Shown: positions 34,809 to 45,395, numbered from the stretch's first letter. The stretch: DNA of 55,750 nt from Candidatus Micrarchaeota archaeon (GCA_027315135.1 DAHUYR010000021.1:1-55750); one strand, 5' to 3'. Notes: generated from the letters alone by a model not told the origin. A program made the numbers and translations.

Positions 34809-36251
34809 TCATATCGGGTTAGGGTGGAATTTCTCCTTTACCTCCGTCATCTCGGTGTTCACTGCGTGCTTCCATGCCTGGAACTCATGCACCGCATTTG
34901 GATAATGCTGGTACATCTCGTTCATCTTCTGCATCTTCTTTACGGTGAAGAGCAGGTTCTTGAAAGCGTCTATGTTTGATATTCCATGCAGGACCTTGTT
35001 GAATGTGCTGGCTATTGTTATCTTAGGGATGTTCCCATAGCTTATCTCAACAGCCTCTTCCTCTGTAAGGAAGTGGTGCATTCCATAGTTTATAAGATCA
35101 TTGTTCAATGACTGCAGATAAACGCGGAATGCTTCCAGCCCTGCGGTCTTGTTTCCATATGACTCGTTGAAAAGCACATTGTACTTCCACAGGAATTCCA
35201 TGCTCGTATCCTTTGCAGCTACTGCTTCTGCAGCTACCTCTCCTGCAAGGACTCCTGCAACCATTGCAGGTCCTATGCCGCCTGCGCTTATCGGGTTCGG
35301 CATCGCCATCGTATCTCCTGCCCCAAGATAGTTTTGGTAGACAAGGCTGTCAAACTGCCTCCTTACTGTTACAGACCAGTATCCCTTGCCGTTGTTGTCT
35401 GTTTCATCTATCTCTGTTTCAGAGATCATCGGATTCCATTTTACATACTCATCTATGAGCATATGCAGCGAATCCTTCCTTCCGAGCCTTTCATTCCTTA
35501 CCTCAAGGCTCTTCTTCTCAACGCCAAGTCCTATGTTTATCCTGCTTCCTTTCTTCGGGAAGACCCAGCCGTAGCCTCCAGGGGCCAGCTGCTGGTTCAG
35601 GTGTATAAGTGCATTCTTTGTATCATAATAACGGTCGTCTTCGCCTGTTGGCTTGAATTTGTATCTGTATCTGCCTGTTGATTCTATATCGTCAGTGCTG
35701 ACCATATTCTCTATATATTCGTTCTTAGGCAGCTTCCTCCTTATGGTGCTTGCAACTCCCAAGCAGTCTATTACAAGTTTGCTTCTTATCTTGAACTGCT
35801 CACCGTTGTGATCCCTTCCAAAGACCCCTACGAGCTTCCCATCCTCTACTATAGGTCCTTCCACCTCATGCAGTGGGACATACTCTGCACCCTCCTTAAC
35901 CGCATAATTGACCAGCTTCTTTGCAAGCTTTGGCCTGTCAAGGCTGTATCCTGCTCCTTCAAACTGGAACTTTTTCTCCAAATCAGGGCTGAACACCAAA
36001 ACCCCGTCAACCTTAAGATCAAGCTCAGGCTCTGTAAGCTGAAGGCCTATCTTTTTGTGTATAAAATCAATATGAGTCTTTGCAACTGCGTCTCCGCAAA
36101 CCCATCCCCAGTTGGTCTTTTTCCCTACTGTGGTGTCTGGGTTCCTGTCAAGCATCACTACCTTAGCTCCGCCTCGTGCAGCTGCTGCAGCGGCAAGCGC
36201 TCCGGATATTCCTGCCCCTGCCACTACTATATCGTATTCAACGTGTTTCAT
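34809..36251 (-). CDS. FAD-dependent oxidoreductase of the geranylgeranyl reductase family (long form)
   Basis: Dinucleotide-binding YDIVVAGAGISGALAAAAAARGGAKVVMLDR and a GGR-like core (VIDCLGVAS; GAGDTMAMPNPISAGGIGPAM). It has a C-terminal ~80-aa extension. Confidence 0.75.
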   Translation of the reverse strand: MKHVEYDIVVAGAGISGALAAAAAARGGAKVVMLDRNPDTTVGKKTNWGWVCGDAVAKTHIDFIHKKIGLQLTEPELDLKVDGVLVFSPDLEKKFQFEGAGYSLDRPKLAKKLVNYAVKEGAEYVPLHEVEGPIVEDGKLVGVFGRDHNGEQFKIRSKLVIDCLGVASTIRRKLPKNEYIENMVSTDDIESTGRYRYKFKPTGEDDRYYDTKNALIHLNQQLAPGGYGWVFPKKGSRINIGLGVEKKSLEVRNERLGRKDSLHMLIDEYVKWNPMISETEIDETDNNGKGYWSVTVRRQFDSLVYQNYLGAGDTMAMPNPISAGGIGPAMVAGVLAGEVAAEAVAAKDTSMEFLWKYNVLFNESYGNKTAGLEAFRVYLQSLNNDLINYGMHHFLTEEEAVEISYGNIPKITIASTFNKVLHGISNIDAFKNLLFTVKKMQKMNEMYQHYPNAVHEFQAWKHAVNTEMTEVKEKFHPNPI

Positions 36252-36444
36252 GATGACCTGCCTTTCTCTTTATTACCACTATAGGTATGACATTATCCTC
36301 AAATTCGATCTCCGCCAGCTCAAGAGGATCGTAAACGTGCTCCGGTACCTTTATCAGGGGCGGCGCTCCGTATGCCAGCTGAAGGGCCCTTGCCCCTATT
36401 ATGCTTGCCTTCTCGAATTTTGTATACTCCATAGTAAAGACCAT
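36238..36444 (-). CDS. rpoK: DNA-directed RNA polymerase subunit K (Rpo6)
   Basis: YTKFEKASIIGARALQLAYGAPPLI...DPLELAEIEF is the conserved Rpo6/RpoK core. Confidence 0.85.
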   Translation of the reverse strand: MVFTMEYTKFEKASIIGARALQLAYGAPPLIKVPEHVYDPLELAEIEFEDNVIPIVVIKRKAGHHETR

Positions 36445-36530
36445 ATTATAAGAATCAAAAACGCATATGTCTATTAGATAAAAAGGCTTTTAAAGTTTTA
36501 TAAAATACGGACATCCTTTTAAAGCTGGCA

Positions 36531-37238
36531 TTACCTGATTTCCTTGTAGTGATCTTTGGGCTTCTTGAGAAGGTGGTACCTGAATACGTTTGATATATGG
36601 AAGATGAAGAACCCGCTAACTCCCCATGCCTTTATCCTGCGCACGCTTGTATAAACTACCGCATCATTCGAATAAACTATTCTGCCGCTCTTCTTCAGCC
36701 TGCCTGACAGATCCCAGTCCTCATACGTTATGAGTCTTTCGTTGAAACCGCCTTGCTTGTTGAAATCGCTCTTTCTAACAGCAAAATTAGAACCTACTAA
36801 GGACGGTCTGCCAATCTTTATGCTCATTCTCACAAAAAATATCGAGACAAATTTGTATCCCGCAACCATCTTTCTGCTTGCCTTCTCCAGAGGCAGTATC
36901 GGCCCTGTTGCAGCGGCAACTGCATTATCCTCAAATATCCTATTATATACCTTAAGCAGATCTTTCGATGGTTTTGTGTCTGCATCAAGAAAGAGCAAAA
37001 CCTTTCCTTTCGCAGCTTTTGCACCAGTATTCCTTGCGGCAGAAGCTCCCTTCTTCCTATCAACAAGAACCTTTGCATTATGCTTGGAAGCTATCTTCGC
37101 AGTGTCATCAACGCTTCCTCCGTCAACCACTATCACCTCGAAATTCTTGAACGACTGTTTGCTCAAGCCCTCAAAAGGTATGTGCATATACTTCTCTTCA
37201 TTCAGCGCAGGTATAATCACGCTTATATCCGGACCCAT
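36531..37238 (-). CDS. Glycosyltransferase family 2
   Basis: ISVIIPALNEEKY...EVIVVDGGSVDDT...LFLDADT (GT-A fold, DxD-type motif). Confidence 0.85.
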   Translation of the reverse strand: MGPDISVIIPALNEEKYMHIPFEGLSKQSFKNFEVIVVDGGSVDDTAKIASKHNAKVLVDRKKGASAARNTGAKAAKGKVLLFLDADTKPSKDLLKVYNRIFEDNAVAAATGPILPLEKASRKMVAGYKFVSIFFVRMSIKIGRPSLVGSNFAVRKSDFNKQGGFNERLITYEDWDLSGRLKKSGRIVYSNDAVVYTSVRRIKAWGVSGFFIFHISNVFRYHLLKKPKDHYKEIR

Positions 37239-37258
37239 ATGTTCATCTAATTAACATT

Positions 37259-37894
37259 TTACGCAAAGCTCTCATACACTTCTGCAGCTCCCCTGAGCAT
37301 AATATATGCAAACAGCACTGCTACAAGCGCGTAGCCTATTGTTATTGGATAACCGCTTATGTAGACAAACGGAAGGTATGCCCATGTGACGAACTTCAGA
37401 ACGTTGACAAATCCTCTTCCTATGTTTGATGAATAGACGACTTTTGCAAACTTTGTTTTCATTTTAGAGGACGTTCCCTTTGCTGCCATGACTGCATCAA
37501 CAAAAGAGTGCCTTATCACAATCAGGAACAGTATTATTATCGGCACTACTCCTGTGTAAACGAAGGTTATCCATAATATGTATTCTACTGCACGGTCACC
37601 TGCAACATCGATTCTTGCGCCAAACTTCGCCTTCTTCTTCAATGTTTTCTTGACAGACCTGACAGCTTTCTTCGACCTTTCATTCCCAAGAAGTCCTGAG
37701 AGATAAACTCCGAGCGTAATCCTTCCGGAAGAAGCTTCGTGCACCGCAAAGAAACCGTCAACAGCATCAAGCAGTATTGCTATTGCTATCAACACCGCTA
37801 TTACAAATGGGTTGAATTTGTATATTATCAGGTAAGCTACGAATATTACAAGAAGCACTCTTATCAGAGTGGTTGCGTCTGCAGATCTCATCAA
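37259..37894 (-). CDS. CDP-alcohol phosphatidyltransferase family protein
   Basis: It has multiple TM helices. The signature is split as LLDAVDGFFA ... GARIDVAGDRAVE (D-x2-DG-x2-AR...G-x3-D-x3-D with an insertion). Confidence 0.75.
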   Translation of the reverse strand: MMRSADATTLIRVLLVIFVAYLIIYKFNPFVIAVLIAIAILLDAVDGFFAVHEASSGRITLGVYLSGLLGNERSKKAVRSVKKTLKKKAKFGARIDVAGDRAVEYILWITFVYTGVVPIIILFLIVIRHSFVDAVMAAKGTSSKMKTKFAKVVYSSNIGRGFVNVLKFVTWAYLPFVYISGYPITIGYALVAVLFAYIMLRGAAEVYESFA

Positions 37895-38170
37895 ATCTCA
37901 ACAAATATTCTACTCAAAGAAACATAAACTGCATACTTATTAAGTTTTTGCATCTTTAAGAGCCACTTCTTACTGCCTTCACCGATTCGATCCTACGGGG
38001 CTCCGAGGATGCCTCCAATAATATCTTATATAAAGATAATATAAAGATAAAAACCTCTGAAAAATTTCTAAAAGAAAACATATAATAATTCAGCTTATAT
38101 CTGTTTGTATATTATATTAATCTGCACAGTTTCTAATCAAATCTGGATGCGTGGTGCATGGTCATAAGGT

Positions 38171-41100
38171 TTGTTTATGGTTGACATGGTAAAGAATGAG
38201 GAAGCGATTCTTGCATATTGGCAGGAGAAACGCATAAATGACGTAGTCAAGGCCAAAAACCTCAACAACAAGACCTTCTACTTCCTTGACGGCCCACCTT
38301 ATGTTACCGGCGACCTCCACCCAGCGCATATCTGGACGAAGGGCATGAAAGATGCGATTGTCAGATACAGGAGATATGCCGGATACAATGTAATAGACAA
38401 GCCTGGGTACGATATTCATGGTCTTCCTATAGAAAATAAGATAGAGAAAGACCTGAATATAAAATCAAAGAAGGAGATAGTGGAAAAGATCGGCATCGAA
38501 AGATTCGTTCAGGAATGCAGGAGATATGTGGACAAGTACATGGGCAACATGGATGCCGATTATGCAAGGTTCGGAATATCACTGGATTTTAAACATCCAT
38601 ACCTGCCTTACAAAAAAGAGTACATGGAGGCAGCATGGGCAATACTAAAGCTGATGGACGGGCGGAAATTCCTTTACAAGGGCAAAAGGACGCTGATATA
38701 CTGTCCGCATTGCGAGACCCCTCTTTCTCAGGGAAGCATGGAAGTCGAATACGAGGATGAGACGGATCCATCACTGTTTGTCGCATTCAAGATAGCTGGC
38801 AACGGCAAGGATGCGAAAGTGGATCTGGGCAGTGATGCGTACCTTGCAGTATGGACTACGACTCCGTGGACGCTGCCTGCAAACGTGGCGATAGCTGTAA
38901 ATCCCAAGGAGATATATGTTATCGCAAAAGCCGGGAGCAAGCGCCTTGTAATGGCAAAGAAGCGCACGGACAAGTTTGCAGAAGCAACAGGCGAGAACCT
39001 TATAATAGAGTCGGAATTCTTCGGAAGCGAACTCCTAGGCGTGAGATATGTCAGCCCAATAGAGTACAAAGTGCCGAAGCAGAAGGAACTAAGAAAATAC
39101 CACAAGGTCATACTATCAGAAGAATTTGTAACAATGGAAGAGGGAACAGGATTACTGCACGTTGCCCCAGGCCATGGTATGGAAGACTACGGCATAGGTA
39201 TGAAGAATCATCTTCCAATACTCTCCCCACTCAATTCCGACGCTACTTATAACGATGAAGCAGGCGCGTATAAAGGATTGAAGGTTCCTGCCGAGGCAAA
39301 TCCTGTCGTACTAAAGGATCTTGAAGAGTCTGGAATGCTCCTTAATTCCGGCACTCTGGTGCACAGCTATCCACACTGCTGGCGCTGCCACTCCAAACTG
39401 ATATTCGCAGCAACGGACCAGTGGTTTCTCAATGTGCAGAAGATAAAGGCGAAGCTAATCAGCATGAACCAGAAGATAAACTGGTACCCGAGCGAGGTCA
39501 GGGCATGGCAGGACAGTATATTTGAGAACTCGCCAGACTGGTGCGTATCTAGACAGCGATTCTGGGGAATACCAATGCCTGTATGGGAGTGTAAGCAATG
39601 TGGAAGAAGAAGCATCATCGGATCTCATGCAGAGCTTGTAGAAAGAGCGGTGGACAAACAAGCTGCGGAGGCATTGCAGGACCTTCACAGACCTTACATA
39701 GACAGAATAATGATAAGATGCGAATGCTCTTCAGACATGCAGAGGATACCTGATGTCTTTGATGTGTGGTTTGATTCAGGAATAACCTTCAGAGCAAGCA
39801 TGTCAGAGCAGCAATTTGAAGAGGTAAAGAAGGTCGATTTCATACTCGAGTACGTGGAGCAGACAAGAGGATGGTTCCAGGCGCTTATAAAATGCGGCGT
39901 GATGGCATACAACAAAAATCCTGTGAGTAACATAGTCGTTCACGGAATAATGGCAGGTTCTGATGGCAGAAAGATGTCAAAGAGCTTTGGCAACTTTGCC
40001 CCGTTGAAGGATATGCTAAAGGAATCAACTGCAGACGCATTCAGATTATGGTCCATGCGCCATGTGCCAATACTTAACCGAAACCTTTCATACCCGGAGA
40101 TAAAGGATGCCGACAAAAACATACTGCTAATATACAACATAAAGAAACTGCTTGAAGATTATGAAGAAGCTATAGGCTATCGCCCGGAGTCTGCAAAGGC
40201 CCCCTCGCCAAAAGGCCTTGATCCGGAGGAGCAGTTCATATTATCCAGATTCAGCAGCTTGATAACGGAATGCACAGAAGCGTTTGAAAACTACGCGCCT
40301 TACAAGGCGACAGACATGCTTCTCAACTTCATGGTCGAAGACTTCAGCAGATTTTATCTCAAAACTGCAAAGAAGAAGATACTATACTCAGGCAAAGCAG
40401 AAGCGAGGAGAGTGATAAACGTCGTAAACTACATATTCTACAATCTGATAATAATGCTCTCCCCTATAATCCCATTCTCAACTGAGAAGGTATATATGGA
40501 AAGGTACAAAGGAGAATCCATATTCCTCAACGGCTGGCCAAAAGCCTCAAAGAGCCTGATAAACAAGCAGATAGAGGCTGAATTTGACGTGGTGATGTCA
40601 GCGATAACCGCGGTGCTCAACAGCAGGGACAAATTCGGGGTAAGGCTGAGATGGCCTGTAAGCTCCGCCACCATAGAGACTGCAAACGAGGATGCAAAGC
40701 CCATACTTGCGAAGTACGGCTACATAATAGAGGAATATGCGAATGCAAAGGCGCTTCATGTAAGGGAAATGGTCAAATCCGGCACCGAGGTGAGGCCTGT
40801 CTTCAGCAAACTAGGCCCTGATTTCAAGGAGAATGCATCTGCCGTTGCGGATTCAATAAAGACAGCAGAGCCGACGGCCATTAACGATTCGATAGCAAAA
40901 TCTGGCACGTATGATCTTCACACCTCAAAAGGTTTATTCAAGATAGGGCCTCAGCATTTCGTAACTGTAGAAAAGGCAACGGATGAGAATCATGTCCAGT
41001 TCAAGTACGGGGTTGCATACGTCGATCCTAAGATAAGCGAGGAGCTGAAGGAAGAGGCAATGGTGAGGGAATTTGAGAGAAGGGTGCAGCTGCTAAGAAA

Positions 41101-41359
41101 GGACCTTGGGCTGAAGAAGACGCAGAAGGTGGAGTTGTTCTATGATACCAATACGGATACTGCTAATATAGTCGATAAGAACAAGCAGCAGATATTGAAG
41201 ATAGTTGCCGCAAAGTCGATGAAAAGAGGAGGAACGGACTTCGAAAGTGTAAAGAAGCATACTGGAATGAATGAACAGGAGCTTCTTAACCGTTTCCTGG
41301 CAAAAGAATTCGAGATAGACGGAGAAAGGCTGATGCTAGCCATCCTGTCCTTATCATGA
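38171..41359 (+). CDS. ileS: Isoleucine--tRNA ligase
   Basis: HIGH-region variant PYVTGDLHPAHIW, the CP1 editing region, KMSKS (GRKMSKSFGN), and zinc-binding CWRC / CKQC. The true start is probably ATG 38186 (MVKNEEAILAYWQEK) rather than TTG 38171. Confidence 0.93.
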   Translation: MFMVDMVKNEEAILAYWQEKRINDVVKAKNLNNKTFYFLDGPPYVTGDLHPAHIWTKGMKDAIVRYRRYAGYNVIDKPGYDIHGLPIENKIEKDLNIKSKKEIVEKIGIERFVQECRRYVDKYMGNMDADYARFGISLDFKHPYLPYKKEYMEAAWAILKLMDGRKFLYKGKRTLIYCPHCETPLSQGSMEVEYEDETDPSLFVAFKIAGNGKDAKVDLGSDAYLAVWTTTPWTLPANVAIAVNPKEIYVIAKAGSKRLVMAKKRTDKFAEATGENLIIESEFFGSELLGVRYVSPIEYKVPKQKELRKYHKVILSEEFVTMEEGTGLLHVAPGHGMEDYGIGMKNHLPILSPLNSDATYNDEAGAYKGLKVPAEANPVVLKDLEESGMLLNSGTLVHSYPHCWRCHSKLIFAATDQWFLNVQKIKAKLISMNQKINWYPSEVRAWQDSIFENSPDWCVSRQRFWGIPMPVWECKQCGRRSIIGSHAELVERAVDKQAAEALQDLHRPYIDRIMIRCECSSDMQRIPDVFDVWFDSGITFRASMSEQQFEEVKKVDFILEYVEQTRGWFQALIKCGVMAYNKNPVSNIVVHGIMAGSDGRKMSKSFGNFAPLKDMLKESTADAFRLWSMRHVPILNRNLSYPEIKDADKNILLIYNIKKLLEDYEEAIGYRPESAKAPSPKGLDPEEQFILSRFSSLITECTEAFENYAPYKATDMLLNFMVEDFSRFYLKTAKKKILYSGKAEARRVINVVNYIFYNLIIMLSPIIPFSTEKVYMERYKGESIFLNGWPKASKSLINKQIEAEFDVVMSAITAVLNSRDKFGVRLRWPVSSATIETANEDAKPILAKYGYIIEEYANAKALHVREMVKSGTEVRPVFSKLGPDFKENASAVADSIKTAEPTAINDSIAKSGTYDLHTSKGLFKIGPQHFVTVEKATDENHVQFKYGVAYVDPKISEELKEEAMVREFERRVQLLRKDLGLKKTQKVELFYDTNTDTANIVDKNKQQILKIVAAKSMKRGGTDFESVKKHTGMNEQELLNRFLAKEFEIDGERLMLAILSLS

Positions 41360-41545
41360 TTCCTTCCTTGCGCTCTTGAAGGTCTTCCTTGAAGGCATCT
41401 TTGACCAGCAGTCCTTGCATATTACAAGCTTTATTATCTTGGACATCTTTCTAGAGCTCTTCACGCAGCTCTCGCATATCTTCCTTTTGCAGTAGTTGCA
41501 TGTCCTGTACTTGTATATGGTTTTGCCGCACCTTGTGCATAACAT
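41354..41545 (-). CDS. Small zinc-ribbon protein (four CxxC pairs), basic
   Basis: The four pairs are CTRC...CNYC...CESC...CKDC within 63 aa. The ORF converges on ileS with a 6-nt overlap. Confidence 0.5.
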   Translation of the reverse strand: MLCTRCGKTIYKYRTCNYCKRKICESCVKSSRKMSKIIKLVICKDCWSKMPSRKTFKSARKES

Positions 41546-41639
41546 ATTATCACTAAGTTATCTGATTTACATTATAGAAATCAAATTATAAGTTAAGCAT
41601 ATATAATAAGGTATATAATCTTATGCACAGGAGGTTTAT

Positions 41640-42917
41640 TTGGAAAGCGCAGTCATAGAAACGTACGGATGCACCCTCAACCAGGCAGACAGCGACATGA
41701 TAGAGGGCTTACTGACCAATGCAGGCATATCTGTTGATAGGGGACTCTATTCAGGGAAGAAGAATACTGACTATGTGATAGTAAATACCTGTACTGTGAA
41801 GAAGCCTACAGAGCAGAGGATACTTGACAGACTGGAGAAGATAAATGGCAAGGGAAGCAAATTGATAGTAACGGGATGCATGGCATCGGCAAATGCAGAC
41901 AAAATAAGGGCAGCTGCACCTGAAGCCAGTATAATCTCAATAAGCAATATTCCTGAAATGCTCCCGAAGATGCTTGCTAACGGAGTCAATGGCGACATGC
42001 TTGCATATAAAAGAACAGACCGGTCACAATTCATATACAATCCAAAAGGAGTAATCGCGAGAATACCTATAAGCGACGGCTGCCTATCCTCATGCTCCTT
42101 CTGCGAGACAAAGTTTGCAAGAGGTCCGTTGAATAGCTTCTCCGAGGAGCTAGTACTAAAGGCAGTATCAAATGCAGTTCACAACGGGGCAAAGGAGATA
42201 GAACTCGCATCCCAAGATACTGGCGCATACGGAGCAGACAAGAAGACTGATATTGCGCAACTTGTTTCAAAGGCAGTCATGACGGACGGTAATTTCAAGG
42301 TCAGGATAGGTATGCTAAATCCGGAACATCTCCACAAATACATAGACAGGTTAATAGAGTGCTACAAAAGCGACAAGGTGTACAAGTTCCTGCATATTCC
42401 TGTTCAATCTGGAAGCGATTCTGTGCTCAAAGAAATGAAGAGGAAGTATTCCGCAGACGACTTCAGGGCATATGTCAAGGAGATACGATCAAAGGTTCCT
42501 GGAATAAGCATAGCAACAGACATGATAGTAGGCTATCCGACGGAAACCGAGGAGGATTTCAGCGCGTCAATAAATTTATTGAAGGAAACGCGGCCTGCAA
42601 TAACCAACGTATCGAAGTTCTGGGAGAGGCCTAACGCAACTGCGAAGAAGAGCGGAAGGCTATCAAACGAGATAATAAAGGGAAGGTCGGTAATGATGGC
42701 AAGGCTTGCAAAGAGCATACAGTACGAAGACCTGCACCATTCTATAGGCACTGCTGAAAGAGTCTGCATCACTGAGTCTAACTCAAAATCAAATATAGGC
42801 AGGGATATATTTTACAGGAACATAGCAGTAAATGGAAACGAGGAACTCGGATCGTCTATCAAAGTTAGGATAATTGGAAATTCTTCAGTATGTCTAATCG
42901 CTGAAAGATGCGATTAA
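41640..42917 (+). CDS. Radical-SAM methylthiotransferase, archaeal MiaB-like (MtaB/CDKAL1-type)
   Basis: UPF0004 N-domain ETYGCTLNQADSDMIEGLL, radical-SAM CLSSCSFCETKFARG, and a C-terminal TRAM-like region. TTG start as given by the track. Confidence 0.85.
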   Translation: MESAVIETYGCTLNQADSDMIEGLLTNAGISVDRGLYSGKKNTDYVIVNTCTVKKPTEQRILDRLEKINGKGSKLIVTGCMASANADKIRAAAPEASIISISNIPEMLPKMLANGVNGDMLAYKRTDRSQFIYNPKGVIARIPISDGCLSSCSFCETKFARGPLNSFSEELVLKAVSNAVHNGAKEIELASQDTGAYGADKKTDIAQLVSKAVMTDGNFKVRIGMLNPEHLHKYIDRLIECYKSDKVYKFLHIPVQSGSDSVLKEMKRKYSADDFRAYVKEIRSKVPGISIATDMIVGYPTETEEDFSASINLLKETRPAITNVSKFWERPNATAKKSGRLSNEIIKGRSVMMARLAKSIQYEDLHHSIGTAERVCITESNSKSNIGRDIFYRNIAVNGNEELGSSIKVRIIGNSSVCLIAERCD

Positions 42918-42922
42918 CCTGC

Positions 42923-43315
42923 TTATCTGCGCATCTCAAACAGTGGATACACATCCCCATTCTCTTTTATTATGCGCTCTATCGACTTTCTCGCATTCTT
43001 TAGATTTTGGTCGTGCATATCAGGGGGAACAGTGTGTGAATCTACCCATGCTATGTCGAGAGCAGCCTGTTCTATCGCCAATTCACTTGCTTTAGGATAT
43101 GCTGCTTTCAGATGCACCCTGTACCTGGCAGATTTTACATGTGCCTCTTTGCAATAAGATGAATACCCACGGTCCTTATCCTCTATGGCTCTTGCTACTA
43201 TAAGTGCCGCAACCTCTGCTTCATCATGGAATCCGTCAACTCCCTCTCTTGCTATGGCGAAAGCTTTTTTTACCTCTCTGGACATCTCAAGCCTGTAACG
43301 AATCTTATTTAGCAT
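42923..43315 (-). CDS. Helical protein of unknown function, tandem paralogue 1
   Basis: 130 aa. The N-terminus MLNKIRYRLEMSREVKKAFAIAREGVDGFHDEAEV aligns with MIKKFRTKLETAFEVRDAYSVAEIGVPGAYEEARI of the neighbouring ORF. Confidence 0.55.
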   Translation of the reverse strand: MLNKIRYRLEMSREVKKAFAIAREGVDGFHDEAEVAALIVARAIEDKDRGYSSYCKEAHVKSARYRVHLKAAYPKASELAIEQAALDIAWVDSHTVPPDMHDQNLKNARKSIERIIKENGDVYPLFEMRR

Positions 43316-43382
43316 GAGTTAGATCCAAATATTCAGATTAATCAATTTTTGCCACTCGGGGCGTTTCGGCAAAACCAGCTTG

Positions 43383-43814
43383 TCACTCCCTGCGGGAAGA
43401 AACAGTCGCGGATTGCAGTTTGTGCTCGTGTATCATGCGCATTATAGAAGTTGCAGCACGTTGAATATGAGGCCTGCGCTCTACATAACTGCCCTGGAAA
43501 GTAGCTACTACTGCCATATCCCTTGCAGCTGCCTTGATGGTCTCTTTCTCTGCCGTGTACGCTCTGCCCAGATATACTTCATAACTGGCTTCCTTCGCCG
43601 GCATCTCCCAGTCTGCTTTAGATGCATTTGGATTTTTCGCAACGAATCTCAGTTTTGCAAGCGTCGCCTTTATCCTTGCCTCTTCATATGCTCCCGGAAC
43701 TCCTATTTCTGCAACCGAGTACGCGTCTCTGACTTCAAAAGCTGTTTCTAACTTAGTCCTAAATTTCTTTATCATGGTATTCACCAAAAAAGATAAGATA
43801 ACAGAGCCTCGCAT
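43383..43814 (-). CDS. Helical protein of unknown function, tandem paralogue 2 (true start probably Met14, position 43775)
   Basis: See 42923..43315. The alignment with the paralogue begins at MIKKFRTKLE. Confidence 0.55.
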   Translation of the reverse strand: MRGSVILSFLVNTMIKKFRTKLETAFEVRDAYSVAEIGVPGAYEEARIKATLAKLRFVAKNPNASKADWEMPAKEASYEVYLGRAYTAEKETIKAAARDMAVVATFQGSYVERRPHIQRAATSIMRMIHEHKLQSATVSSRRE

Positions 43815-44057
43815 GATTTATTAATTTTGCTTAGAGGAAGTTGTATCCAAAAGAGCAGCTTTATATAAAGTTAGCACTCAAATGATTAAAATCTCGTAAT
43901 GAAGCTAAACCAATCCTTCAAATCCTTGCAACAGAAAGCGCATGCAAAATCATCACAACAATATGCTGCCACACTGCCCGCAGTGCAAATTTAAATAAGG
44001 CGAGTGTGAGATAACTATAAGCTGTCTACAGGAGAGGCAGACGAAGGTCAGCTCATC

Positions 44058-45395
44058 ATGTACTCAAAGAAAATACTAGAGGAATTCAAAGCTCATGGGA
44101 TAGAGATAGGGGACAGAATATCAATAATAGAGTCCAGCGGTGCAAATGAGGGTATGCTCATGCCAAGGCCGGATGTCGGGGAGAGCGATGTTATAGTGAT
44201 TAAGCGGGATGATGGTTACAATATAGGCATAAGGCACGGGAAGTCCACAAAGATAGAGAGAGTATCTGGAAAACCAGCCGCACCGCACGGAGGAAAGACG
44301 ATGGCAAAGCAGCAGAAAGGCCTGCCGAAGGTCACGCTGCTCTACACAGGTGGGACAATAGGGAGCAAGCTTGACTACGTATCTGGAGGGGTAAAGGCGC
44401 TTACGAAGGCAGAAGAACTTCTTGCAGAGGTTCCTGAGCTTAACGGAATAGCAGAACTAGAGGTCAAGCAGATAATGAGTGTCTTCAGCGAGGACATGAC
44501 TCACATGGAATGGAAGAAGATTGCAGAGGAGACCGCAGCTGCAATCAATAACGGCGCAAAAGGCGTGATAATAACACACGGAACGGACACGATGCATTAT
44601 ACTGCATCTGCACTCAGTTTTATGCTGCATGATCTCAATGTTCCTGTAGTCATAACCGGCGCACAGAGGAGCAGCGACAGAGGATCAAGCGATGCGTTCA
44701 TGAATCTCGTATGTTCTGCATATGCAGCTGCGCAAAGCGACGTGGCAGAGGTTACAATCTGCATGCATGCGAATCCATCTGACAAGGAGTGCCTGTTGAT
44801 AAGAGGGACAAAAGCAAGAAAGATGCACACATCTAGAAGGGACGCGTTCAAACCGGTGAACAACAGCGCAATAGCGCGTGTCTCAAGGAAGGGGGAGATA
44901 AATTACATATCTGCTTACAAAAAACATACTGAATCAGATGCCAAAACTGTGGCTACGACTTCGTTCGAGCCAAAGGTGGCTTTGCTAAACACCTATCCGA
45001 ACTCCTCTCCGGAACTGCTTGACTTTTTGATCTCAAAAGGATACAAAGGAATAATACTGGAAGGTACGGGCCTTGGACACATGCCGATAAACACTGAACA
45101 TCCTGGATACAACTGGAAAAAAGCATTAAAACACGCGATTGATGAAGGCGCAGTGATAGGCATGACATCACAGTGCATTTATGGTAGAGTCAACTCAAAA
45201 GTCTATAGCACAGCAAGGGAGCTTGCAGGCCTTGGCGTGATATACTGCGAAGATATGCTTCCAGAAACGGCATATGTAAAACTCAGCTTCCTCCTGGGAA
45301 ACCATAAGAAAGAAGACGCAGAAAAAATGCTCCAAAAGAATATTGCTGGAGAGATAACTGACAGGACGGAAGTAGATTGGGTAAGTGATATATGA
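44058..45395 (+). CDS. gatD: Glutamyl-tRNA(Gln) amidotransferase subunit D
   Basis: Asparaginase-like motifs LLYTGGTIGSK and ITHGTDTM. It has the archaeal GatD N-terminal domain and is followed by gatE with an ATGA overlap. Confidence 0.92.
   Translation: MYSKKILEEFKAHGIEIGDRISIIESSGANEGMLMPRPDVGESDVIVIKRDDGYNIGIRHGKSTKIERVSGKPAAPHGGKTMAKQQKGLPKVTLLYTGGTIGSKLDYVSGGVKALTKAEELLAEVPELNGIAELEVKQIMSVFSEDMTHMEWKKIAEETAAAINNGAKGVIITHGTDTMHYTASALSFMLHDLNVPVVITGAQRSSDRGSSDAFMNLVCSAYAAAQSDVAEVTICMHANPSDKECLLIRGTKARKMHTSRRDAFKPVNNSAIARVSRKGEINYISAYKKHTESDAKTVATTSFEPKVALLNTYPNSSPELLDFLISKGYKGIILEGTGLGHMPINTEHPGYNWKKALKHAIDEGAVIGMTSQCIYGRVNSKVYSTARELAGLGVIYCEDMLPETAYVKLSFLLGNHKKEDAEKMLQKNIAGEITDRTEVDWVSDI

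Noticed and set aside
36730-37254. 174-aa plus-strand ORF and other ORFs overlapping the GT2 gene
   Set aside because: They are antisense to a gene with clear GT-A motifs, and their Ser/Ala/Phe-rich sequence is uninformative.
38020-38040. Tandem ataaagataa x2 in the ileS / CDP-alcohol transferase divergent intergenic region as a special regulatory repeat
   Set aside because: It is only two short AT-rich units, and these are just as plausibly ordinary TATA-like promoter sequence for the divergent genes. There is not enough evidence for a distinct element.
41354-41545. Dismissing the 63-aa zinc-ribbon ORF as spurious
   Set aside because: I kept it as a low-confidence CDS. Four regularly spaced CxxC pairs in 63 aa are unlikely by chance, and the ORF fills an otherwise empty convergent gap.
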